Assembly (NCBI GenBank): GCA_963972065.1
Contig: CAXAVJ010000006.1
Span: 133 to 64,132 of the forward strand
Length of the DNA stretch: 64,000 nucleotides
Direction of reading: 5' to 3'
Source of the DNA: an uncultured Rhodospirillaceae bacterium
Lineage (GTDB): Bacteria; Pseudomonadota; Alphaproteobacteria; Rhodospirillales; Casp-alpha2
Below are positions 45,598 to 54,498 of this stretch, in pieces. The position numbers were made by a program, and so were the translations under genes. Positions within the stretch are counted from its first letter, which is position 1. The number at the start of each line of letters is the position of its first letter. The notes below the pieces were generated by a model that saw nothing but the letters and a program-made list of their open reading frames with translations, did no database searches and had not been told where the DNA came from.

Positions 45598-45680
45598 TGC
45601 CGCTGCAAGAATGGCGTCACTCCAGAGCCGCCCTTTCGGCCTCTGGTCACAGAACGTGAGCCAACAGAAGAGACCCCATC

Positions 45681-46073
45681 ATGACCACCTTCCGCCGCAT
45701 CACCCTCGCCGCCCTTGTCCTGATGTCCGCCGCCTTCATCGGCGCGCAAACATCGGCACGGGCCGCCGACGAACTGGCCCAGGTCCGCGTGCCGCGCCTG
45801 GACATGCTGATCGACGCCCGCTGCGAAGGGGGGGCTGCCGTGTTTCGCATGAAGAACCGCGGCGACATGTGGCCGAAGACCGCCGCCCTGATGATCGTGA
45901 CCCATGACGGCGAAACGCTTCTGGCGAAACGCGAGATGCGCTTTGCCGTCAATCAGACCGCGACCGTGAAATTCCTTAAGGCCGCCAAATATCCCGCGGG
46001 CGTGACGCTGTACATCAAGCCGCGCTGGGAAGACCGTGGATACGGCTCGGGCCTCCGCCTGCGCTGCAGCTAG
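45681..46073 (+). CDS. Small secreted hypothetical protein
   Basis: Signal peptide ending ARA; about 100-aa beta-rich mature part with two Cys; RBS GAAGAGA. Confidence 0.8.
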   Translation: MTTFRRITLAALVLMSAAFIGAQTSARAADELAQVRVPRLDMLIDARCEGGAAVFRMKNRGDMWPKTAALMIVTHDGETLLAKREMRFAVNQTATVKFLKAAKYPAGVTLYIKPRWEDRGYGSGLRLRCS

Positions 46074-46076
46074 GCC

Positions 46077-48419
46077 CTAGTCCGCGAAGGCCGCGGTGAT
46101 GGCCGCGGCATCCAAGCCGTACTTCCGATGCAGATCCTGGACCGTGCCGCATTGGCCGAAGTCCTCGACCCCCAATGCGGCCACCCGATGGCCCAGCACG
46201 CCGCCGAGCCAGCTGAGCGTCGCCGGATGGCCGTCGATGACGGTGACCAGCTTGCCGCCCGGCTTGATCGCCCCCAGCAACTTGGCCGCATGGCTGTCGG
46301 CGCCGTTCTTGCGCCAATCGGAATACAGCCGGTCCGGCGAGGTCACGGCGAGCACGCCCGGGCCGTTCTTCCCGGCCAGCGTTTCCGCCGCCGCCATGGC
46401 TTCCGGCGCCAGCACGCCCGTATAAACGATGGCGCCCGCGTCTTTTGACGACGGTTGCTTCAACCAATAGGCGCCCGCGATCACCTGATCGGCCAGGGCC
46501 GTGTCCATCTTGCGGTCGGGCTGTTCCAGCGGCCGGGTCGACAGGCGCAGATAGATCGAGCCGCCGTCTTCGGCCTGCATATGGCTGAAACCCCAGCGCA
46601 TGACGGCTTCGAGTTCGTCCGCGTAGGTCGGCTCGAAATAGGCCAGGCCCGGCTGCCCCATGCCGATCATCGGCGTGGCGACGGACTGATGGGCGCCGCC
46701 TTCGGGCGCCAGGGTCACGCCGGCCGGCGTCGCCACCACCATGAACCGCGCGTCCTGGTAACAGGCGTAGTTGAGCGCATCCAGGCCCCGCTGAATGAAC
46801 GGGTCATACAGCGTGCCGATGGGCAGCAGGCGTTCGCCGTGCAGTTCGTGGCTGAGGCCCAAGGCGGCGAGCGCCAGGAACAGGTTGTTTTCGGCAATGC
46901 CCAATTCCAGATGCTGGCCTTCGTCGTTGGCGCCCCATTTCTGCACCGACGGCACGTTGACCTTGCGGAAGGTGTCCTCCCGTTCCTCCATGGCGAAGAT
47001 GCCGCGGCGGTTGACCCAGGGACCCAGGTTGGTCGACACGGTGACGTCGGGCGAGGTGGTGACGATGCGGTCGGCCAGGTCCTGGTCCGTCGCCGCCAGC
47101 TCGAACAGAATCTTGCCGAAGGCTTCCTGGGTCGAACCTTTGCCCTTGCCCGTTTCCGCCAGCTTGGCCGGCACGGCGACGGGCTTGGCCGACATGCGGC
47201 GATCTTTGGCACCCGGCCCCATGAAGGGGGTCTTGGCGATGAAATCGGCGAGCAGGTCCGCCCGGTCTTCCATACCGGCGAAGGGCTCCCACTCCTGGCC
47301 TTCCTGGATGCCCAGATTCTTGCGGAAGCCCTGCAACTGGTCCGGCGTGAGGATGCCCGCGTGGTTATCCTTATGGCCCGCCAAGGGCAGGCCCCAGCCT
47401 TTGATGGTATAGGCCAGGAAACAGGTCGGGATGTCGTCATCGGCGGATTTAAAGGCTTCGCAGATGGTTTCCAGGCAGTGGCCGCCCAGGTTGGACATCA
47501 GGTCCTGCAGTTCGTCATCCGTATGAGACGCCAGCAATTCCGGAATGCCAGGCGCGTTGCCGATATCGGCGGTCAGATGATCGCGCCACGCCGCCCCGCC
47601 CTGGAACGTGAGGGCCGCGTACATGTCGTTGGGGCAATCGTTGATCCATTTCTTCAGCGCCTTGCCGCCCGGTTTCTGGAAGGCGTCCAGCATCAGCTTG
47701 CCGTACTTCATGATGACCACGCGCCAACCGGCGGCGCGGAACAGACGGTCGATCAGGCGGAACAGCTTGTCGTTGACGACGCCGTCCAGGCTCTGGCGGT
47801 TGTAGTCGATGATCCACCAGCAATTGCGCAGGTTATGCTTCCAGCCCTCGAGGATCGCCTCATACATGTTGCCTTCATCCATTTCGGCATCACCGACCAG
47901 CGCGATCATGCGCCCCGGTTCGCGCGCGCGGACGGATTCGAAATGGCGGCGGGTGTAATCCTGGGTCAGCGACGCGAACATGGTCATGGCCGGGCCCATG
48001 CCGACGGAGCCGGTGGAGAAATCCACGTCGTCCGTGTCCTTGGTGCGCGACGGATAGCTCTGCGCCCCGCCCAGGCCGCGGAAGTTCTCGAGCTTCTCCC
48101 GCGTCTGGTTGCCCATCAGGTACTGGATGGCATGGAACACCGGGCTGGCATGGGGTTTCACGGCGACCCGGTCCTGCGGGCGCAAGGCATGGAAATACAG
48201 CGCCGTCATCAGCGCCGCCGACGACGCGCAGGACGCCTGGTGCCCGCCGACCTTGACCTCGCCCTTGGCGCGGATGTGGTTGGCATTATGGATGGTCCAG
48301 GTCGACAGCCACAGGATGCGTTTCTGCAGATCGCTCAGACAGGCCAGGGTGTCCGCGTCGGGGCCGGCCCCCGGGTTGGGTTCGATCATCAGGTGGTTCG
48401 GGGTGTCGAGAGGGGCCAT
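46077..48419 (-). CDS. Homodimeric 2-oxoacid dehydrogenase E1 (AceE/MdeB-like, transketolase superfamily)
   Basis: KVGGHQASCAS, KPHASP, QSYPS, FSTGSVG, GDAEMDEG...N TPP motif, NRQSLD, LAPEGGAHQS. Confidence 0.85.
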   Translation of the reverse strand: MAPLDTPNHLMIEPNPGAGPDADTLACLSDLQKRILWLSTWTIHNANHIRAKGEVKVGGHQASCASSAALMTALYFHALRPQDRVAVKPHASPVFHAIQYLMGNQTREKLENFRGLGGAQSYPSRTKDTDDVDFSTGSVGMGPAMTMFASLTQDYTRRHFESVRAREPGRMIALVGDAEMDEGNMYEAILEGWKHNLRNCWWIIDYNRQSLDGVVNDKLFRLIDRLFRAAGWRVVIMKYGKLMLDAFQKPGGKALKKWINDCPNDMYAALTFQGGAAWRDHLTADIGNAPGIPELLASHTDDELQDLMSNLGGHCLETICEAFKSADDDIPTCFLAYTIKGWGLPLAGHKDNHAGILTPDQLQGFRKNLGIQEGQEWEPFAGMEDRADLLADFIAKTPFMGPGAKDRRMSAKPVAVPAKLAETGKGKGSTQEAFGKILFELAATDQDLADRIVTTSPDVTVSTNLGPWVNRRGIFAMEEREDTFRKVNVPSVQKWGANDEGQHLELGIAENNLFLALAALGLSHELHGERLLPIGTLYDPFIQRGLDALNYACYQDARFMVVATPAGVTLAPEGGAHQSVATPMIGMGQPGLAYFEPTYADELEAVMRWGFSHMQAEDGGSIYLRLSTRPLEQPDRKMDTALADQVIAGAYWLKQPSSKDAGAIVYTGVLAPEAMAAAETLAGKNGPGVLAVTSPDRLYSDWRKNGADSHAAKLLGAIKPGGKLVTVIDGHPATLSWLGGVLGHRVAALGVEDFGQCGTVQDLHRKYGLDAAAITAAFAD

Positions 48420-48564
48420 GGGGGTCTCCGGGCGGGAAGGATGCGAATTCGCAGGATCTGACGCAATCCTACGCCAATAATCCGGCTATTTCCTTGCGAT
48501 CTACGGCGCATAATGGGATATTTACGCAATAATTATGACTTTTATGCCCTCGGATTGGTGAAAA

Positions 48565-49038
48565 ATGCCCGATATTGACCTTGATGCCATCGACCGCCGC
48601 ATCCTCACCGCGATCCAGACCAACGCCCGCATGCGCAACGTCGATCTGGCCGAGGCCGTGGGCCTGTCGGCTTCGCCCTGCCTGCGTCGGGTCAAACGAT
48701 TGGAGGACGCGGGCGTAATCCGCGACTACGTCACCCTGGTCGATCAGCAGGCCGTGGGCCTGCCGGTGTCGATCTTCATCAGCGTGACGTTGGAACGGCA
48801 GGTGGAAAAGGCGCTGGAGGAATTCGAGGCGGCCATCCGATCCTGGCCCGAGGTCATGGAATGCTATCTGATGACCGGCGACGCGGATTACCTGCTGCGC
48901 GTAGTCACGGCGGACCTGTCCGCCTACGAGCGGTTCCTGATGGACAGGCTGACGCGGGTCACCGGCGTCGCCGCCATCAAATCCAGTTTTTCCCTGAAAC
49001 AGGTGGTCTACCGCACGGCATTGCCGGTGTCAGCTTGA
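48565..49038 (+). CDS. Lrp/AsnC family regulator
   Basis: LDAIDRRIL, LAEAVGLSASPCLRRVKRLE, ECYLMTGDADY; divergent from the E1 gene. Confidence 0.95.
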   Translation: MPDIDLDAIDRRILTAIQTNARMRNVDLAEAVGLSASPCLRRVKRLEDAGVIRDYVTLVDQQAVGLPVSIFISVTLERQVEKALEEFEAAIRSWPEVMECYLMTGDADYLLRVVTADLSAYERFLMDRLTRVTGVAAIKSSFSLKQVVYRTALPVSA

Positions 49039-49069
49039 GGCGGCCCAAGCCGCTCGATCATCCCTAAAC

Positions 49070-49144
49070 CGTCATTGCCGGGCGTGACCCGGCAATCCAG
49101 TCTTTCCGGGGACATGGACCCCCGGGTCAAGCCCGGGGGTGACG
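49070..49144. repeat. REP/RPE-like palindromic element (second family)
   Basis: CGTCA-TTGCCGGG CGTGA CCCGGCAA-TCCA...TGGA-CCCCCGGG TCAAG CCCGGGGG-TGACG, between convergent genes. Confidence 0.8.
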
Positions 49145-49171
49145 CATGGAAAAGCGGCACCAAGCCGGCGA

Positions 49172-49498
49172 CTATTTCTTCTTGTCGACGTCGATGTAAC
49201 CGCGCTCGATCGCGGTTTCGATCATCTGCGCGCCATGGATCAGCTCGTCGTAGGAGCGGCGCAAGAGGTTCAGTTCGCGCACCTGTTCGTCCGACGGCAG
49301 GCCCTTCGCGCCATGGGCCAGTTCGATCAGCCGCTTGATATACATGCCCCGCGCCTTGGCCACGAGTTGGAAATAAGGCGTCAACTCGGCCACGGACACG
49401 TTGGGCACAAGGTCGTGAATGGTCTCGCGGTTGATGTCACGCAGAATGTCGTGCATCTGCATGCGCGCGCGGCCGATATCCCGTTCGTCACTAGGCAT
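49172..49498 (-). CDS. Conserved helical hypothetical protein (108 aa)
   Basis: Typical codon usage; ends ETAIERGYIDV. Confidence 0.75.
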   Translation of the reverse strand: MPSDERDIGRARMQMHDILRDINRETIHDLVPNVSVAELTPYFQLVAKARGMYIKRLIELAHGAKGLPSDEQVRELNLLRRSYDELIHGAQMIETAIERGYIDVDKKK

Positions 49499-49604
49499 TG
49501 GATGGACTCCCGAAAAGGTTTGATCCTTGCCCCGACGTTACGCCGAAGCGGGCCCGCCGCCAATGCGCGAAATCAAGTCCCTGAATTGGGCCTTCGGGCA
49601 CCGG

Positions 49605-49820
49605 TCAATCCAGCGGCAGGTCTTCTTCCAGGATGGCGATTTGCAGGGAGTAGGAGACTTCGCCCTCGTCCTCGTCGCGGTGCAGAACGCCAACGAACTG
49701 TTCACCCAGATAGACCTCGACCGGATGGCCTTCTTTCTTCGGCGGCTTGACCGTGAAACGGTTGTTGTCGAACGCGGCACGCAGATACTGCTGCAGGCGG
49801 GCGATTTCCGATAATTTCAT
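49605..49820 (-). CDS. DUF3126 family small protein
   Basis: EIARLQQYLR..F, EVYLGEQFVGVL.RDEDEGEVSY; RBS GGGAAGG. Confidence 0.85.
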   Translation of the reverse strand: MKLSEIARLQQYLRAAFDNNRFTVKPPKKEGHPVEVYLGEQFVGVLHRDEDEGEVSYSLQIAILEEDLPLD

Positions 49821-49897
49821 GGCGTTGGGGCCTTCCCTGTCTTTATTGCGATTGTGCCGGGCGTGGCGCGCATGAATGCACGATCATACCCGACTTT

Positions 49898-50164
49898 TCA
49901 AATATCCAGCACCAGCGCCGTCTTCGGCACGGAACAGCAGATCAAAATCTCGTCCGGGGCGTCCGGCTGATAGACACCGTCGTCGCTGTATTCGATGTCG
50001 CCCTCGATCTTGCGGCACTGGCAGGTCGTGCAGATGCCCGACCGGCAGCTGTAGGCCAGCACCAGGTCCAGGCTTTCGGCCAGATCGAGGATGCTGTCGT
50101 GGGAGCCGTCCCAGGTCCCGGTCACGCCCGAGCGGCGGAATTCGACGGTCAGTTGCTCAGTCAT
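49898..50164 (-). CDS. 2Fe-2S ferredoxin (plant/reductase C-terminal type)
   Basis: YSCRSGICTTC...ILICC; 8-bp overlap with the dehydrogenase stop. Confidence 0.85.
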   Translation of the reverse strand: MTEQLTVEFRRSGVTGTWDGSHDSILDLAESLDLVLAYSCRSGICTTCQCRKIEGDIEYSDDGVYQPDAPDEILICCSVPKTALVLDI

Positions 50165-51233
50165 TGGCGCCCCTGACCGCGGCCAGCACCGCATCCGTGA
50201 CCTGGCGGGTGGTGGCGGAACCACCCAGGTCGGGCGACACGGCCTCGCGCGATCCGGTGACCCGCTCGACCGCCGCCATCAGGCGCTTGGCGGCAGCCGC
50301 CTCGCCCAGGTGGTCCAACAACATGACACCGGACCAGAAACAGCCGATGGGGTTGGCCACCCCCTTGCCGATGATGTCGAAGGCAGAGCCGTGGATCGGC
50401 TCGAACATCGACGGGAAGTCCCGTTCCGGCCGCAGGTTCGCCGTCGGCGCGATGCCGAGCGATCCCGTAAGCGCCGCCGCCAGATCCGACAACACGTCGG
50501 CATGCAGGTTGGTGGCGACGATGGTGTCCAGCGTCTGGGGCTTCAGCACCATGCGCGTGGTCATGGCGTCGACCAGCATCTTGTCGGTTTCGACGTCGGG
50601 GTAATCCTTGCGCACGACCTCGAACACATCGTCCCAGAACACCATGCCGTGGCGCTGGGCGTTGGATTTGGTGACCAGGGTCAGCTTCTTGCGGGGGCGC
50701 GAGCGGGCCAGGTCCAGGGCGAAACGCTGAATGCGCTCCACACCCGCGCGGGTGAACACGGCGACGTCCATGCCGACTTCCTCGGGCAGCCCCGTATGCA
50801 CCCGGCCGCCGACGCCGGCGTATTCGCCTTCGGAGTTCTCGCGCACGATGACCCAGTCCAGGTCGCCGGGCTTGACGTTCTTCAGGGGGCCGTCGATGCC
50901 GGGCAACAGCTTGGACGGGCGCACGTTGGCGTATTGATCCAGGGTCTGGCAAATCTTGAGCCGCAGGCCCCAAAGGGTGATGTGATCAGGGATATTGGGG
51001 TCGCCGGCGGAGCCGAAATAGATGGCATCGAAGGGCTTCAACGTCTCGACCCCGTCTTCGGGCATCATCACGCCGTGCTTGCGGTAATAATCACCGCCCC
51101 AAGGGAAGGTTTCGACCTTGAGCGAGAACCCGCCGTCCCTCTCAGCGACCGCGTTCAGGACCTCGACACCGGCCTCGACGACCTCCGGTCCGATCCCATC
51201 CCCGCCGATGGCGGCAATTCGGTATTCACCCAT
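50157..51233 (-). CDS. Tartrate/D-malate dehydrogenase (decarboxylating), TtuC/DmlA family
   Basis: IGGDGIGPEV, DHITLWGL, VRENSEGEY, VTKSNAQRH, TNLHADVLSDL, FEPIHGSAFDI. Confidence 0.9.
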   Translation of the reverse strand: MGEYRIAAIGGDGIGPEVVEAGVEVLNAVAERDGGFSLKVETFPWGGDYYRKHGVMMPEDGVETLKPFDAIYFGSAGDPNIPDHITLWGLRLKICQTLDQYANVRPSKLLPGIDGPLKNVKPGDLDWVIVRENSEGEYAGVGGRVHTGLPEEVGMDVAVFTRAGVERIQRFALDLARSRPRKKLTLVTKSNAQRHGMVFWDDVFEVVRKDYPDVETDKMLVDAMTTRMVLKPQTLDTIVATNLHADVLSDLAAALTGSLGIAPTANLRPERDFPSMFEPIHGSAFDIIGKGVANPIGCFWSGVMLLDHLGEAAAAKRLMAAVERVTGSREAVSPDLGGSATTRQVTDAVLAAVRGAND

Positions 51234-51246
51234 GGTCTAATTTTCT

Positions 51247-51278
51247 CCATAATTTAATCGGATGTTTCCCAATTATGG
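51247..51278. promoter_or_regulatory. Inverted repeat operator candidate upstream of tartrate dehydrogenase
   Basis: CCATAATT-N16-AATTATGG. Confidence 0.4.
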
Positions 51279-51380
51279 GCTTGAATAGTGGAATTTCCGC
51301 CCGGGTCAAGCCGCGCCTGGGCGGAAACGGTATAATTCCCCAGCGGGAATAGTGCAAATTTAGGCGGCGAACCTGGACCG

Positions 51381-51830
51381 ATGCCCCGATTGAATCACCA
51401 CACGGCCTGGACTGTTTTTGTCGACTGGTGCCAGAACCGGGGGCTGCGGCCCCTGCCGGCCAACCCGTGGACCGTGGCCGCCTATGCCCGCTGGTGCGAA
51501 ACCAATCACCATTACCAGACCATCGTCAACATGGTGAAGGCGATCGCCAAGGAACACATGCGCAAGTCGCGCAAGCGCCCGGATCGCCACCCCCTGGTGA
51601 CCCGCACCCTGAACCTGATCGCCAAGCGCGAGGAAGAACGGGAAGAAGACAAGGTCCAGGCCGCGGCCCTGTTCCCGGAAGAGGATTTCGTTTCCGCCAA
51701 GGCCGCAGAAACCACGTCCGCCCGCGTTCAGCGCGAGGTGCACACCCGCACCCAGGACGCCGCCAAGGGCCTGCGCCGGGCCTTGCGGGCCACGCCCAAG
51801 CTGGTATCACGCCGGCCGTCCCTGACCTGA
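51381..51830 (+). CDS. Stand-alone tyrosine-recombinase N-terminal (core-binding/SAM-like) domain protein
   Basis: W..F..WC...GL.PLPA.P.TVAAY...TI....AI...H......P...P.V...L pattern of Cre-like CB domains; no catalytic domain. Confidence 0.65.
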   Translation: MPRLNHHTAWTVFVDWCQNRGLRPLPANPWTVAAYARWCETNHHYQTIVNMVKAIAKEHMRKSRKRPDRHPLVTRTLNLIAKREEEREEDKVQAAALFPEEDFVSAKAAETTSARVQREVHTRTQDAAKGLRRALRATPKLVSRRPSLT

Positions 51831-51845
51831 CCCGGCCCGCCGGGA

Positions 51846-52874
51846 TTATTCGATATCCAACCGGCGTTCGATGCGGAAGGTTTCCTTGCCGCCGTCCTTG
51901 GTCGTGCGTTCCAGAACGGCAACGCCGAGATAACTGCCCGCATGCCAGTCAACGGTCTTGCGCTTGCCGACGAAGCGCATGTGCCGCGCCTGATTTTTAT
52001 CCAAGGTAAAGGTCTTGGCCGCGATCTTGCGGTCCTTGGGGCCGGTGAAGGTCAGGGTCAGGCGGTCGCCCTGTTCGACCCAGAAGGCATCGACCCAGAA
52101 TGCCAGCAACGGCGCCTTGGCGGACAATTTGGTGTCGCGGTAGAACCCCCGGCGCAGCGCGATGGGATTGATTTCGACCGGCGCGAAGCCGGCATCGTAA
52201 AGCGCCGTCGGCGTGCCCTTGAGCTGGCCCAGGGTTCGCGAATCCCACAACGGCGACGGCCCGGCGCCGCAGTTCGACGCGCGCTTGAGCCCGACAAAGG
52301 GGTCCACGATCTTGCCGTTCAGGCGCACGCCCAGGTGGATATGGGGAAATTCGGCCAGGCCGGACGATCCGACGGAACCCAGCCTGTCGCCCTTTTCCAC
52401 CCGCTGGCCCGGCCGCACGGTGAGCGAGCCCCGCCGCAGATGGCAATAGAAGGTTTCCCAGCCCCCATCGTGGCCAATGACGACGGAATTACCGCAGCCC
52501 TGTGACATCACCGCGTCATGCCCGACCAGGGACACGTCACCGTCCAGCATGCCGTCGCGCAGGCGTCGCACCGTACCGGTCGCCGCCGCGACCACGGGCA
52601 CGCCGTCTTCCATTTTTGAATAGTCGCGGATGGCGATGTCGACGCCCGTATGGCCGTTGTAGCCATGGGCGCCGCAGGCATAATCACGCACGCCAGGGCC
52701 GGGGTCGTGGTCGACGTGATTGACCAGCCAGCAGGTCCGCCCCGGATCGCAGGTCAGGGGCAGGCCCAGGGACGGTTGATCGTCGGCGCGCAAGGGTGCG
52801 GCGGAAGCGAACCCCGCCGCCAGAAAAATCACCACCAAAATCACGGAAACCCGGGGAATTTCAATGAACCGCAC
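51846..52874 (-). CDS. M23 family metallopeptidase
   Basis: Signal peptide; HTGVD (HxxxD), YCHL, GSSG..EFPHIH (HxH). Confidence 0.88.
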   Translation of the reverse strand: MRFIEIPRVSVILVVIFLAAGFASAAPLRADDQPSLGLPLTCDPGRTCWLVNHVDHDPGPGVRDYACGAHGYNGHTGVDIAIRDYSKMEDGVPVVAAATGTVRRLRDGMLDGDVSLVGHDAVMSQGCGNSVVIGHDGGWETFYCHLRRGSLTVRPGQRVEKGDRLGSVGSSGLAEFPHIHLGVRLNGKIVDPFVGLKRASNCGAGPSPLWDSRTLGQLKGTPTALYDAGFAPVEINPIALRRGFYRDTKLSAKAPLLAFWVDAFWVEQGDRLTLTFTGPKDRKIAAKTFTLDKNQARHMRFVGKRKTVDWHAGSYLGVAVLERTTKDGGKETFRIERRLDIE

Positions 52875-52941
52875 AGCACCGTCCCTTTCCCGTGCATGCT
52901 ACACGGGCATCCCCACCCCGCAAAACATTCCCTTGCGGGGG

Positions 52942-52964
52942 CGTATATTGCGGCGCAATATACG
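52942..52964. promoter_or_regulatory. Perfect palindrome with PhaR-like core
   Basis: CGTATATTGC-GGC-GCAATATACG; core TGCGGCGCA fits TGC-N3-GCA. Confidence 0.55.
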
Positions 52965-53036
52965 GACGCTGCGCTGCGGAATCTCGCAAAGCGCCAAAAA
53001 ATCCCAATCCAAAGGTGTATTGGAGCGCTTAAAATC

Positions 53037-53492
53037 ATGGATACCCACACCGTCACCGCCCTCGACAGACTCCACGGTTTCTACTTCGAAGACCTGGAGG
53101 TCGGGCAGAGCGACGAATATTCCCGAACCATTTCCGAATCCGACATCCTGATCTTCGCGGGCGTGTCCGGCGACACCAACCCGGTGCACCTGAACCACGA
53201 ATTCGCCTCGGAGACCATGTTCGAGGGCTGCATCGCTCACGGGCTTCTCACCGCCAGCTACATTTCCACCGTGATCGGCACCAAAATGCCGGGGCCGGGT
53301 TGCATCTACGTCGGCCAGACCTTGAAGTTCAAGGGCCCGGTCAAGGCCGGCGACACGGTCGTCGCACGGGCGACGATCCTGGAAAAGATCGCCGACAAGA
53401 AGTTCGTCAAGATCCAGACCCAGTGCCTGGTCGGCGACAAGGTCGTGCTGGACGGCGAAGCCACCATCATGGTGCCGTCGCGCAACAAGTAA
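53037..53492 (+). CDS. MaoC family (R)-specific enoyl-CoA hydratase (PhaJ-like)
   Basis: FAGVSGDTNPVH, IAHGLLTAS.IS..IGT.MPGPG, LKFKGPV. Confidence 0.9.
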   Translation: MDTHTVTALDRLHGFYFEDLEVGQSDEYSRTISESDILIFAGVSGDTNPVHLNHEFASETMFEGCIAHGLLTASYISTVIGTKMPGPGCIYVGQTLKFKGPVKAGDTVVARATILEKIADKKFVKIQTQCLVGDKVVLDGEATIMVPSRNK

Positions 53493-53550
53493 CCGGCGGA
53501 ACCGGGCGGGGTTGACCGGGCCGACGCCTGGGGGCACCTTCACCGGCGTC

Positions 53551-54498
53551 ATGCGGATTTTTCGCCATTACCAGAACATCCCCGGCGACGCCCGGGGCGC
53601 CGTGGTCGCCATCGGAAATTTCGACGGCGTGCACCTGGGCCATCGCGCCGTGATCGGCGAGGCCGGGGCCATCGCCCATGCCACGGCCCGGCCCTGGGGG
53701 GTGCTGACCTTCGAGCCGCATCCCCGCGCCTTTTTCGCCCCCGGCACGCCCCCCTTCCGCCTGACCCCCTTCCACGCCAAGGCGCGGCTGATTTTCGGGC
53801 TCGGCGTCGACACCATCTTCGTGCAGCAATTCAACAAGGCGTTTTCGTCGCTCACGGCCGAAGATTTCATCGAAACCGTGCTGGTCGGTGGCATCGGCGC
53901 CCGGCATGTCGTCTGCGGCTATGATTTCGTGTTCGGCAAGGGCCGGGGCGGTAGCGCCGAGATGCTGCTGGGCTTCGGCAAACGCCTTGGCTTCGACTTC
54001 ACGGCCGTGCGCGCCCAGACCTTCGCGGACGATGACGGCGACGCGGCCTATTCCTCGACCGGCGTGCGCGAGGCGCTGGAATCAGGCAACCCCCAGGCCG
54101 CCGCCCGTATCCTGGGCCGGCCGTTCGAAATTGAGGGCCGGGTCATCCAGGGAGACCAGCGCGGACGCACCATCGGCTTTCCCACGGCGAACCTGGCGCT
54201 GGGAACTTATTTGCGGCCCGCCCGAGGGGTTTACGCCGTGCGCGTGCGCATCGGCGAGGGCAAGGAATACGCCGGTGTCGCCAATATCGGAAAGCGCCCG
54301 ACCTTCGCCGGCGAGGCCGATCTTCTGGAGGTCTTCCTGTTCGATTTCACGGGCGATCTTTATGGTCAGCGGCTCGGCGTGCAGCTGGTCGAATTCCTGC
54401 GCCCGGAAAAGAAGTTTGACGGCATCGACCAATTAAAGGCACAAATCGCCGCGGACAGCGACCAAGCACGCCAAATTTTATCGAAAACAGAGCCATGA
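53551..54498 (+). CDS. ribF: Bifunctional riboflavin kinase/FAD synthetase
   Basis: [40 protein letters not shown]. Confidence 0.95.
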   Translation: MRIFRHYQNIPGDARGAVVAIGNFDGVHLGHRAVIGEAGAIAHATARPWGVLTFEPHPRAFFAPGTPPFRLTPFHAKARLIFGLGVDTIFVQQFNKAFSSLTAEDFIETVLVGGIGARHVVCGYDFVFGKGRGGSAEMLLGFGKRLGFDFTAVRAQTFADDDGDAAYSSTGVREALESGNPQAAARILGRPFEIEGRVIQGDQRGRTIGFPTANLALGTYLRPARGVYAVRVRIGEGKEYAGVANIGKRPTFAGEADLLEVFLFDFTGDLYGQRLGVQLVEFLRPEKKFDGIDQLKAQIAADSDQARQILSKTEP

